From Squalus acanthias (lineage: Eukaryota): 64,000 nucleotides of DNA. Positions within the stretch are counted from its first letter, which is position 1; the number at the start of each line of letters is the position of its first letter. Of this stretch, positions 34,879 through 47,417 are shown one piece after another. Made by a program: the position numbers and the translations under genes. Location: assembly GCA_030390025.1 (NCBI GenBank), contig CM059447.1, positions 13,640,001 through 13,704,000 of the forward strand. Reading direction: 5' to 3'. The notes beneath the pieces were generated by a model. That model had not been told where the DNA came from. It saw only the letters and a program-made list of their open reading frames with translations, and searched no databases.

Positions 34879-35700
34879 GCCAAGAAGTGAAAGCAATTAA
34901 GAGACAGGCACCTGGAATTTCTGTTGGCGGGTGAAGGCTTCTCTGCTGTAACTTTGTTTGAAACCCCGGAAAAATGGCATACACAGTTGGATGATTGAGA
35001 GAACCCCAGCAGAAATTCGAACACATGTTTTTTTGTGTCGACAGCCTGGGTGCATTACTGAAAACTCGTCTAGACCTTGCAGTTAAAATAGACAATCGCG
35101 AGGGTATGGGGAGAGGGACTTGCTCATGAAAGTGATCTAAGACACGGTTGTAAATACGAAACACTACTGGATCGGTATATATCTTGCTAATTTCAAAATA
35201 GAGAGTTCAAAATAATTTAAGAGTAAGAGGGTAGAAAAGACCCACAAACGTAACAACCCTCCAAACCACTAATTCCCAGCAAGGACTCAGCATTAGTGTA
35301 GTGCAGTCTCACAACACCGTCTCAGTGCTTTTGAAGAAAGTACAAATTGTGACCCCATCCTTGTGGAAGACAAAAAAAATTAAGGACGCAAGTCTTTGAA
35401 CGAAAAGGGGAAGAATACCCATGTTTTCCAAGATTAACAACCAGCTAACAAAACCATCCTCCCAGAGATCCCTTAGGAACATAGGCATTGCTCGATGGAT
35501 AAAGACTACGGTCCACCTAGTTAGAGTCTACCATCCTGGTAGTCACATAATACAACGATAATGGAGTTGTTGACTAATCACAGCAATCAATCTCTATCAA
35601 TTGGTCTACAACAGACCCAGACATAACACAAAATTTTTTTTGGGAACCATAGGTCCAAAGTCACCTGTTCCTTCCAAACATGCTACACTTACCACACGTT

Positions 35701-36813
35701 GGCCCTAAATTCGCGGTCGGTGTGACGGCGTACTCGGAGTACGGCATCATACCGCCTTTGAAATTGACCACAAGTTCGGGATTTCCCGAACTTGTGATGT
35801 CAAGTTCCGACTACATAGGCTTCGCTGCACATTTCACCTCCTTATTCAAATCAACGTGCTGCTGAAAAGTTGGGCTAATTGCCCACCTACTGTGCATTAA
35901 TTACCCTGAAAATTTTTAAGTCTGGTGCAAACAGGCACAGGAGGTTGTTGCACAGCGTAAGGGGGGGGAGGGGGAAATGAGAAAATTGTATTAATATTGA
36001 GCTAGGTTTATGCTACAACCCATAACAATGAGGTTCGTGACTGAGCGGATACAAACTTTGAAAGAAACTTTCATTTGTTCGAGTTTGAAAACAGGGCCTT
36101 TTTGTGTCAACGTCTTTGCTGCCCAAAAGCTTTTTGTAGTTTCGGTTTAATTACTTCCCAACTTCTATTTAGATAGGATTTAATTCACTTTCATGATTTC
36201 CTCATGTTATCAGACATTTAAACTCTTGATTTTAGATTATTTGAATTAATCAAAAGTTAGTTAGTCTAAGAGCAGAGAAACGAATTTGATAGGACTGCAA
36301 GACTGTAATTATAGGTTTATGTTCTCATGGCTCAGAATGAAAGGGCCAATGTTAATTCAGCAGCAAGCATTGTATAAAAGACGTCCTAATTTATGGTCTT
36401 AAGGACACCTTCAGTAAAAAGTATCTCAAGACTTTTCAGTGTTTGACCAAATTCTATTACTGTTGAAATCTTGGTTTGTGTATTAAATACTATTGCAGTG
36501 ATTGTAATTTATTAATAAAATAGCATTTCTGGCTGCTAAATTATTAAAAATGAGTTGTGGGCAAATCAGCAATCTCCTCTGTTTCCTGATTGGCTAAGAG
36601 TCAGGAAGTGAAAGGAGCACCGCCCCACGTGATCCCAGGTTCACATACACACAACGGTGCGTCCCTGGGCTCTGTGGGGCGCTACGCTGCGCACAACTGT
36701 GCAGCGTTTGAAAGCAGCTTCTCGAAGGGGGGCTCGCACGAGGTAAGTGCGGATTTCGTTCGGACGCCTGTGGCGTACTCCTTAGCTACGCCGCCGAGCA
36801 CGAATTCAGGGCC
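35701..36813. mobile_element. Non-autonomous DNA transposon (Harbinger-like), TIR GGCCCT(A/G)AATTCG
   Basis: Left GGCCCTAAATTCGCGGTCGG, right CCGAGCACGAATTCAGGGCC; TSD GTT (35698-35700, 36814-36816). GC-rich ends and AT-rich middle. Confidence 0.85.
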
Positions 36814-37124
36814 GTTATTTTCTGAAAGAGATCTATCTCATTTGCATTTGAATGAAGCAATACTAACTGGTTCCACCGACTGACGAGGGAGCTTGTTCTA
36901 TAGATTGACCACGCGCTCACTAAAATATTGGTACCACAGATTAGTTTTAAACTAACCCCCCCCCCCCCATAAGCGCAGTCCGTGTCCTCTGGTTCTACTG
37001 TTCCTGCGATTTACTAAGAAAAACAGCTATTCTTTTGTTTTTCATTTAAAAAATAAATACATTTGAGCCCCAGTCTCATTGGAGTTGCTGTACTACACCT
37101 CTCAGGCTGTTGGTGTTCTCTGCT

Positions 37125-37236
37125 TCCCACATTACAACAGTGGCTACACTCCAAAAAGTACTTCATTGGCTGTGAAGTGCTTTGAGATGTCCGGTGGTCG
37201 TGAAAGGCGCTATAAAAATGCAAGTCTTTCTTTCTT
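37125..37236 (+). mobile_element. Deu-SINE 3' tail
   Basis: TTCCCACATTACAACAGTGGCTACACT...GAAAGGCGCTATAAAAATGCAAGTC. Confidence 0.8.
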
Positions 37237-38459
37237 CCCAATCAGGTGAAGTCATAAACCCAGCACATCATTTTGTCACACTCAAAACAGGTTCAGGCTG
37301 CGGGTGATTGGAAATGCACATCTACTCTGTTCAGTCTGACCACATGGAACATGGGAGCCCGATAGGACAGCAGAAACTTTAGTTGGAAACTAAACTGAAA
37401 GAAATTCACTACATTTTTAAATTGGATTTTTAGCATTAGAATTCCAGCATTAGCAATTGTATTACCAACAACGCTAAATGAAGGAAGTTACATGGCAGTA
37501 TTGAAATCAAATCTGCATGCATGTCACGTCACCAAGTATAAACCACAGATGGATTTCTGCATATTCATAATCTACAAGGAGAAAATGTCATGTTACTTCT
37601 TGCCATTACTCCATACAAAAGAAATTCATGCAATGTGCTGGTGGAAATTAATTTTGTTTCACAATTAAATTGGAAATCATGGACATTTATGGCACAGCAG
37701 GCTGTGCCGGCTGAAAAAGAGCTATCCAGCCTAATCCCACTTTCCAGCTCTTGGTCCGTAGCCCTGTAGGTTACGGCACTTCCAAGTACTTTTTAAATGC
37801 GATGAGCGTTTCAGCCTCTACCACCCTTTCAGGCAGTGAATCCAGATTCCAGGATATTCAGTACTAATTCACCTTAACAGGGATATCGATAGATGCTAAT
37901 CTTTGAGGATTTTTCCAGTAGAGAGTTTTTTTGGTAACGGCTGCAGAGGTTTGGCTAAACTGAAACAATTCTACTTGTATCCACCATTTAAAAAAAAAGT
38001 CCAGCTGAGTATCTGACATGCAAGGAAATCCATGACGCTGCTTAAAAGTTTTGAAATCCACCTAGAAAAAGAAGTGTTTCACTTGGCTGATATCGTGTCC
38101 ACACCCTTTCCTGAAGGGATGGACCCGACTTACTCAAGCTTAGAGAATTTGGGCGCAGGTTAGAAAAATTCAAGCCTTAGGGATCTGAAGTGTGTGTAGG
38201 AACGCTGCCAGAGTGAAGAGTAACTGCCTAAAACCATGCATTTTGCCCAGAGTGCTATTAAGGTTCCTGCCAGTTGTCCAGCTATCTGTTGGGACATTGG
38301 CATGCAGGGTTTTGGCATCTGTAAATTGTGTGTTACACAAACACATTCCAGGTTCTCTATTCACATGAAGAGGTGGCATGTTCATTTCGATGCATGCAAA
38401 TTTCCTTTTACCTGAAACCTGTTCCAAAATGCAAAGGAGCGTTGTAAACGAAGGGCATT

Positions 38460-38720
38460 TTAGAGTCATACAGCACAGAAAGAGGCCCTTCCGCCCATCG
38501 TGTCTGCACCGGCTATCAAGCCCTATCTATTCTAATCCCATTTTCCAGCACTTGGTCCGTAGCCTCGTATGCTATGGCGTTTCAAGTGCTCATCTAAATG
38601 CTTCTTGAATGTTGAGGGTTCCTGCCTCTACCACCCTTTCAGGCAGTGAGTTCCAGATTCCAACCACCCTCTGGGTGAAAAAGTTTTTCCTCAAATCCCC
38701 TCTAAACCTCCTGCCTCCTA
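38460..38720 (-). mobile_element. CR1 3' tail (related piece at 37675-37850)
   Basis: CATACAGCACAGAAAGAGGCCCTTCCGCCCATC...ACCACCCTCTGGGTGAAAAA is the reverse of the CR1 FFTQRVVGIWNSLP tail. Confidence 0.85.
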
Positions 38721-40099
38721 CAAATGTTGATGTTAACTGAACTGCCCAGCAATGTAGCAATTCACTCCAGTTAATTATTACTTAATGGTTTCATTTACTA
38801 AACAGAAATCATTTAAGGTATGCGATTTACCCATTGAATAGAATGTCATCACTTGCATGGATTACCATAGTTCCTTCACTAACTCAAAAAAGGCTGTAAC
38901 ACATTATTAAGCTTTAGAACTTTCTAATACTTCAGAAGAAAGTCTTGTAAGATTATAGACAGTGACTTTTATTATGTGCTTTTAACCCTGTTTTTAATGT
39001 TTTATTAATTCTCCCCATTTTGTGCACAGTCCCCTTGTTAATCTGCTACCAGAACCTGGTCATTGTTCTGGCGCCTATTTTCAGGAGACCTACACCAATC
39101 AGCGGCACAGCATATTGCAGCATTAATACTCCTGCTCTCTTGGCTCACAAGAAAACCATAAAATGTTTTAAAATTTACTTTGCTGGCCCTGGCTGCTGTT
39201 GCCTAGTGGGAAAGCCACCACTGCTCCCCACTTAGGCCTTGGGCTAAAATGGCAGCTCAGGTTCCGATGACATAATTGGGAGCCCGATCTGCATAATTTA
39301 AAGGAGGACCTCACCGGTTTGGGGCAAGTGGTCTTCTCTCCTGTAAATTAAAATTACAGTTGGCCAGAGAAGGGCAGGAAAGAAGTGGCCAAGTCCTCCA
39401 CTCCATTTGAACTGTCCCCCCCTCTCCCCCACCTGGTTTCCGCCAGGATGGGGGGGTGGGGCGGGGAGTTAAAATCAAGCCCACAATGTATTAAGTACCA
39501 TGTGAACTTAATGCAGACTGACCAAATCCAATAGGCAAATTTGTGCTTTTAGTGAAAATAAAATATGTCTATAGAAAATCCAGGCCATTTGATTTGAAAA
39601 AAAGACTTGTATTTAGAAATGTTTGCACTTCAGATTCAATGCATTACTTCGAAGTGAAGTGACTATGCAGGCAAATGCAGCAGCCAAACGGCTTAGAGAA
39701 AAATGCTTCCAGCTTATGAGCTGAATTCCTGTATTGGGGCTTGAACTCAACATTTTGGAGGGGAAAGAGAAGTGGAGCAATGAGACTGTCATGGTGTCTT
39801 GGATTGAAGCATCATACTGTCTTGGATTGAAGGATTAAAGTGATGACCCAAAAGACTAAAAGGGAATATTTTTCTAACAATACACCAGATTTTAAACTAA
39901 AAATTCAAATTCCTCCTTGTAAACTCACTAGCTTAAAAATGATATTTTTAGTTGTCACTCAATGCATTTACTAATCAAAGAAATTAAACTACTTCCTAAT
40001 GGTCAGGTTGATGGGGTCGGAGATTAAGTTTACACCCAAATTAGATCACCGCACTTATTCTACACATTGTAAAAAGATAAATCTTTCATTACACTAGGT

Positions 40100-43000
40100 T
40101 AGATCACTTTAAAAGGTGTTTATTGGTCATATACAAAATAAAGTAAGCTGTATCTCAACAAACATACAGTATATACAGAAATAAATTAATGATGTGTCCA
40201 ATGGAAACTGATACAGTTAATTTTCATGGCGGTTATGAATACATACTTATCTACAGATCATAAAGTACAATAATTTAGGTAATAAATACTTATTAAATGG
40301 ACACTTTATACAAAGTACAACAACAGAGTGATTCATTACACCCTTTGGGCCAGAATTTGATAGAGCGCGCATTATTCATCAGAATAGTTTTAACTTTATT
40401 CATCTAATACTGCACAAATTTCATTTTACTACATTGGTAGTATGCAACCTCCTCACAACAGCATTTCAACCCTCAACAGTGTGATTACAATGCTCCTGGG
40501 AAGTAAAAAGTAACGACCTTTTCCTTACGCTTCAAAAAAACAGATTTAGATCTGTTAAGCACCCACACTAACATCCCATTACTTTGTATTGATGGTGTAC
40601 GACATTTTTATTTTACAGTAAACACATCTAGACCTTGGAAAATCTTTGCAAAATATATTAGGCTCCAAAAGATCTAGACAGATTGCGTGGAGGGGCAGTA
40701 AATTTAAATAGGCTTCAAGTTCAATCCAGTACCCAGCTTTGCATAAGTGTCAAGAAAAGGATTAGCTGAATCAGGTACAATATTTTGTAAGTACAGTGAT
40801 ACACTAGCCAGCTGCATCAGAAAAACGTTTGTCAAAAACTAAGATACTGCAGCTAGACTCCAGCTCCACGCAAAAATAAAATCTACAATAGCATATTCTT
40901 CTGATGCACATTCACTTCCCAACTGATCTCCAGAAACAGGATCTCATTTCAAAAAGACCCTTACCCAGCTTCCACATTCCAATTCCTTTACTAGTTCCTT
41001 GTATTTAACTTCCCAGTGACACGCAATCACCCAATAATGTGCTTGCAATGGTCAGTAATGCTTCTGAAAATTTGCCAGCATCTGGTCAAAGGGCTGTAAT
41101 AAATGTAAAGCTGGATGCAGCACTCTGGCAACAGTACAACAGTAAAACGGAATACCTGCCCAACCGACTCCAAAAAGTGAGCACTGCTCTGCAACAATAT
41201 GGGGATTATACATCCTGGGTTAGAATCTTATCTACAACAAAATGCAGCCAGGAGGGATGAGGATATTTCACTCCTTGTCCAGTAGCCTATTTCCAGTAGC
41301 CCAAGTATCATTAGTAAGCAAAGAACAGTATGACTGAAGGTTTGCTTGCAAAGTTGAGAAGCACACACTAATAACTGGTTAGTCAAGTGTGCAAATCTGG
41401 TCATCAGGCTAGATGTGAACATCCAATCAAATGGACAGCTTTATTTTTGCTTCCGATTTCTGATTAATTTGAATCTCATTATCAGGTCAAGCCGTTGGTG
41501 GAAATAAGAAACTATTCATCACTAATATGTCGAAAATATTTCATGTGGGCTTCAAGCCTAAGGGTTTAAACACAATAGTGATGTTCTTTTTGTTATTTGT
41601 GCTAATATATTAACAAAAATGACCTTTAGCATGTATTACTCCAGTCTATAACTTTGAACACTATAAAACACAGACACACACACAGACACTCCTGTAACAC
41701 AAATAACTCTTTAGCCCTTATATCAAGACATTATTTGTACAATGAGTAGTCACCCCTGCTATCTGTAGGGCACTATTCCAGCACTGTTGTCCTGGACACC
41801 AATTGCTGCTTGCATATTTGAAAGAACCTCACTTGACAACAGTCACCAAGCCGTACACACGTACGCCACACACCTCACGTACAAAGCACTTGCTAAAACA
41901 AGCACTTACACTTACACTATTCACAGAATAAATGTTACAGGCTGACAGCATTAAAGAACAGAGAAAACAAATCACTACAGCATCTGAATGGGAATCAGAA
42001 CAAGGCTTCAGTTATTAATTCTCGTCATTTTAGGGGAGTGAAGGGGGAAAGAGATTCTTTCACCTACTGGTGATATATTGATCAGTTTGTATACAAAATG
42101 CCTTCTTTAAAAAAAGGTCTTGACAATCAAAATAGTACTTTTTTCCTTTAACTCCAATGGCATAAGACACGTGAATCTTGGGTACCCCTTCTCCTGATGA
42201 TCAACACAATGATGACACTGCTTCTCTCTTTAAAAATGTTGAGTTGATGCATTCTAAAAAATCCTTGTTGTGAAATAAATCTCCCCCATACTGTAGTTCT
42301 AGTGCAATTTCCTTTTGTCTGGAATAAGACCCCTGCTTCAAATATAATTGCTAAGTTGCTTCAGGATTATTGTTCATGCCCCCTCCCCCACTTACTTTTT
42401 AAAAAAAAGTTATTGAAATTATAACTTTCCCACCAGAAACTACATCTTTCTTAGAACCAATCCTTGCTGGTATTGTGCAATCAAATATTGTGGTCAAAAA
42501 TTATTCTACTTCTCTAAATGGATTTGAAATAGGCTTATACAATTCAAAATCAAATGGATAATTAACATATTTGGATAAACCACATCCCAGGTTTATAAGT
42601 GGAGGGAGAGGAAAAACCCACAAGATATACAAATGTAATTAAATTAACTTGACATTTGTCTCAATTTGACTTATAAAACTCTGCTCTGTGTTTGAACAAT
42701 AGGCATATATTTTAAGAATGGAAGCCACGTTTGAGTTTAAAAGGCTTCAAGAATCAGGTAGTTTTGATTACAGCAGAGTTAGTGTTAAAAGCAATTAAAA
42801 CTGAAGACTGTTAAGCATTTGCTCTCACTTAACACCCGTCTACATGATTCCACATTCAACAATATGCTCATTGCCAGAAGGCTAGACTTGAACTTAAATT
42901 CTAGCGATAAGTTGCTGTGTCCTCACGTGATTACTTAATCACAACACAGCTTATGCGTTATTCAAAACATCTACACATGGCACTAAAGCTGGCCAAAGGC

Positions 43001-46000
43001 AGGCATGGTCTCAGCACCAGACACTCAACACCTCAAACTGACATCTATACCCTCAAACTGGCATCTATATAGAGTATGGGCTAAATGTTTTGTAACTATA
43101 TTGTGCTGCCTCGTAGCTATTTTAACTAATATTCAGTTCTGCAATTAAAAACTTCTAATATATAGTTACACAATATCCCATTCAAAAATTCTACATGATC
43201 CTTAAGGTTTTCACAAATTAACAGATCACTATAGGACAAGCTATAAATCCTATTTGGTTTAACTGGATTGATTAGGATTCCATCCCAGAATTCTTGGTAA
43301 AAGAGGTTAGCGGATGGTTGGGTAGATCAAAGCCAGGTTGAGTTGAGATGCTGAGGGTATTTTGCACAGCCCTTTATGGCACAGAGAGAAATCGTTTTTG
43401 ACAAAAATAAGTTTCTTCTTACTGAAAACTATTGTGTAGAACAGCATTTTCTACAATTACAATATCACAATTAGATAGAGGTGTGCGAGAAACCAAGTCA
43501 TATATGCAGTTTAGCCAAATAGATTTGTATTTCAGACCAAACATCGGGTTAACCATTTAACAACGAACACTCAGCAACTCCAATAACAGCTCAACAATTG
43601 AACAGCACCTTTGATTACACATTCAACATTGAATATATTTTTGCATTTCCAAATCTCTGTAATATATATTCTACGTCAATACAACTAAAGAATGAATCCC
43701 TTAGTATGCGTTGGCAGTAAATGTGTACAAATTAATGCAAAGTTCAGAAGATACAACATGGGGACACCTTTTGGAGACTACTGTGGTATACAAGCCACCA
43801 AAACGTTCTCAATGAATTCAAGATTCATCACAAAATTCATCCCCCATATTTTTTAAAACTGCAGAGCGAATACAGATCTAAAACAGTTAACATTATGCTA
43901 TTGCTGTGCAATAGTTTGGTACTCCTGGTTTGGTTCAGTTGGGCCGAAGAATATTTCAGAAGCTGAGACTGTTGATCAACTGAACTTGGAGGTTCACACA
44001 CCTCCTTAAAGTTTGTTGCATTTTTTGTAAATTCACATGTGCAGCAAGTGAAGAGGAAATATGGAAAAAAAACACACACAACATAAAACCCCATTGTGCT
44101 CACACACAAATAAATACAGAACTAAACAACTGTAAAATAACACTAAACTGCATATTAACACATCACAGATACATCACCCCAGATCCACTTAACACGCTGA
44201 TTCACTAGAAAGCTATTGATTTCAATAAGCCACTCTAGAAACATCTGTAAAAGCTATTAAACAATTTTTTTGTGAAGTTTTTTGTATATAAATATTGTAT
44301 GATAATCTGTGTACTTATAAAAATTAAACTCGAATACCCTTACATGTTGACAAAGATACTTTGTATACATACACTAAAGAGGAACTTTTACTATCAAAGA
44401 TTCTCTGAATAAATTTTCATTCATATGGTTAATCAGTCCCTTCTACTCACACGTGCTCTTTAGAAGCAGTTTCAAACTTCTGTAATGGTTCAATATAGTC
44501 ATTTTCATTTTTTTTGGTGGAGGAGAGAGAAATGGGATGGGAGGTGGAACAGCAGCTAGTTCTAATCAGCAGGAACAGACAACGAGCCAACTCTCCACAT
44601 CTGACTTACGACAGTCAGAGAGGATTAAACCTATTTCTTAAAAGCAGAACGCAGAGATAACAGGGCTTTTGCTGAAATAAGTGTTCTCCCTTCTGGTGTT
44701 TGGATTGTTGCTTCTCTTTCACCACTTCAGTTAGTCACTTGTGTAAAGAGGCATAAAACTGCGGTACGAGTCACGAGGGGGTGGGGGGTCGAGGGAGGGA
44801 AGTCACTTAAAACCGGTGGTAATCGGAACATTTGCTCACTACAACTTCCACAGTATGTACACATTCGACTGTTGTATGATTAAACACTGTTGTGAAAATC
44901 AACAATTCAAAAAAAACCGTAAACACCAGACTTTTGAGGTCTGACTGCAAGATATTCAACAATTGCATATTACACGATTTAAAAGATAAATTTTTAAAAA
45001 TTCTAAAAAATGGATAGGGTTATCAGAAGCTGCCCATTTGGAAGTATTCAAAGCAACAAAGAGTTAAGCTTTGATATGAAGACTGGACTTTTGAAACGAT
45101 TCAAAAGCTGATTGTGCAGTCTGACATTCCACTGCCTTCTTTGGAGAGTGACAAGTAGATGGTAGGGTTGCTGTAATGGCTTAGTGTTACAAAGAGCGCT
45201 ATAATTCTGCCTCCTCCCATCTTTGCGGGTTTTTAAATGCTGTGCATTGTCTTACAATAGGTATTAGTTTTTTTTTTAAATGTACAAATTAAAACCCAAA
45301 TTTTGAATTTGTGCTATAAATTTGTCAAGAAAGACCCAGTAGTATATGAATAGAAAGGAATACTTAACCATATGAACAGGTCATTTGAACTACCTTACTC
45401 CATGGTGATACGGTACACCGTGTTCAGATGTGCATGAATATGAGAAGCTGTTAACTGGTCAGTGCACAAAGTTAGCCACAAGGTTTCGATCTGAAATAAA
45501 ACCTCCAATAAGAAACACATCGCACTGTACTGACAGACTGTGTTACAATCTAATTGGTTGAACTACTACAGCACCACACAATATTGGGATTTTCTTAAAC
45601 ATGTCATGATGCCACTTCATTCGAATGCAGAAAAATAACTTTTTTTTTTGCAAAGTTTGCTCAAGTTACAGTGAAAATCAATGAACTTGTTCTTTAGGAA
45701 AGCTGTGGAGTCATCAGATTTTGGTCTGTGTGAAATGCTATCAAGCGGCAAGATATTCAAAATAAATGATGGTCTCAATTTCATTCACTTGTGGCTACGG
45801 ACAGTACTCAGTGCTAGTTTGGTGCTGAAATAAATTTCAGAATTTCAACATTAAGTTACCAAACCGAAGTTTTGGTTGCCATGATGAACTAGGTTGACTA
45901 TTTCAACTAATGCTTTGCTTATTGATTGAGTTGCCACCGACCTGTGCACGATTTTCTCCTGTGGAAAAATACATTTCAAATGTTTGTTTTGAGAGAGTGA

Positions 46001-46104
46001 GAGTGGGGAGCGAAATCTTTTGAAAACCTTGTGTTTAACTCCATGAATTGACCAGTTCTACTACAAACTAGTTTGGCTCCGGCCTGTGTCTACAGCAGTA
46101 TATA
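40100..46104 (-). other. MAFG: Probable long MAFG 3' UTR
   Basis: About 6 kb directly after the MAFG stop with no recognisable TE. AATAAA on the minus strand at 40119-40124 and 40395-40400. The end point is inferred. Confidence 0.55.
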
Positions 46105-46557
46105 CTAAGATCTTGCATCGGTTTTGGATTTGACTATTGTGATAACGCTGGTGGTAGCCACTTTGCCTGGCATAATGGGGCCAATGGCAGAGGTGATGGG
46201 ACCTCTAACCGGCATGACGGGTCCTCTGGCCACGGTCCTGGCGAAGCTCTGCAAGGCCTCATACTTGGATCGCAGCGCATCTAGCTCCAACTTCATGCTG
46301 GCATTCTCAGATGCCAGCTTCTCCACCTCTTGCTGAAGTTCTGCTTTCTGCTTCTCTAATTCTTCCTTCTGAGTTACCCTCTTGACACGGCAGCTGGCTG
46401 CGTAGCCACGGTTCTTGAGCGTTCTGCGACGTTGTTTCAGCCGGATGATGTCCTCTTTGGTTAGGCCCCGCAGATGTTGGTTCAGTTCTCGAACAGACAT
46501 CGAGACAAGCTCCTGATCTGTGAGACTGGCTCCATTTTCACCTGGCTCTCGCTTCAC
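46105..46557 (-). CDS. MAFG: MAFG (small Maf bZIP), last coding exon
   Basis: CACAG|GTG, then [31 protein letters not shown]...[21 protein letters not shown]...[20 protein letters not shown]. The C-terminus is MAFG-specific; 150 aa. Confidence 0.97.
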   Translation of the reverse strand: MKREPGENGASLTDQELVSMSVRELNQHLRGLTKEDIIRLKQRRRTLKNRGYAASCRVKRVTQKEELEKQKAELQQEVEKLASENASMKLELDALRSKYEALQSFARTVARGPVMPVRGPITSAIGPIMPGKVATTSVITIVKSKTDARS

Positions 46558-47417
46558 CTGTGTGTGGGGTGGTGGGGGGGGGCGGGGGGCAGAGGGGGGT
46601 GTGGAGGTAGAGAAGAAGGAGAAAGCTTTCAAAATGTAGCACCAACTTAAAAAAAGGCATTTAGAAATTCTGAGTCATAGGACAGAAATTCCCATTTGAT
46701 AGGTTAAACGCATTCAAAATTATGGCAAATATGAGGGTCCAATGCATCTTTTCCTAACACTGGGGGAGGATTCTCAACATTACCATTTATCACAAAATCA
46801 TAATCACATGTATAAAGAACAGGTGAACAATTCATTATAAAATAGCAAACAGTGGAAGTGTTGACAGTTTCAAAAAGGTTATTTCTTCATAGAAGTGCTT
46901 TCATATGAAGGTTGGTCCTTTGACACCACAAAAATATTCTCAATCTATAACCCATGCAACTCATACTTCCACCACCAAAAATAGCTGTCTGTACACAACA
47001 ATTCCTAATGTTTAACCAACTGGCTGATCTTACTTTAGATTAAATAAATGACCTTTAAAACCACTGTTAGGAGAAAATGTGAAAATATTAAACACTAAAT
47101 AAGTTGAAGTGTTCAAGTACAAGGGGGCACAAATGGTCATTAGGAAGTAAGGAAATCAACTTTTTCCACTCAAAAGATAATAAAAGGTGGTAAATAAATT
47201 AGCAGGGAAGGCCTTTAAAGAAGACAGTATAAATAGGAGTCCAAGGGAGAGCTCGATGAGAGATTTAAGAAAAGGAAGGATATGATAAGGAAGTAGGCAG
47301 GGGGGCTGATCCATCAAAAAGGGAGTAGCTTGTTGGGCTTAAATGTTATGTAGTTCATTTGCAGGGAACAAAGTTCACTAACATACTAGCACGCCCAAAA
47401 TTCCTAACTGTACCATT

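Noticed and set aside
36585-36750. Housekeeping-like promoter (CCAAT, ETS, GC box, E-box) with a GTAAGT donor, possibly the SIRT7 promoter
   Set aside because: It lies inside the TIR/TSD-bounded element 35701-36813, and similar motifs recur in 51419-52164, so it is transposon sequence.
46558-46632. N-terminal MKAFSFF...PPPPHTQ extension of MAFG in the ORF track
   Set aside because: This is the intronic pyrimidine tract; the real N-terminus is at 59986-60021.
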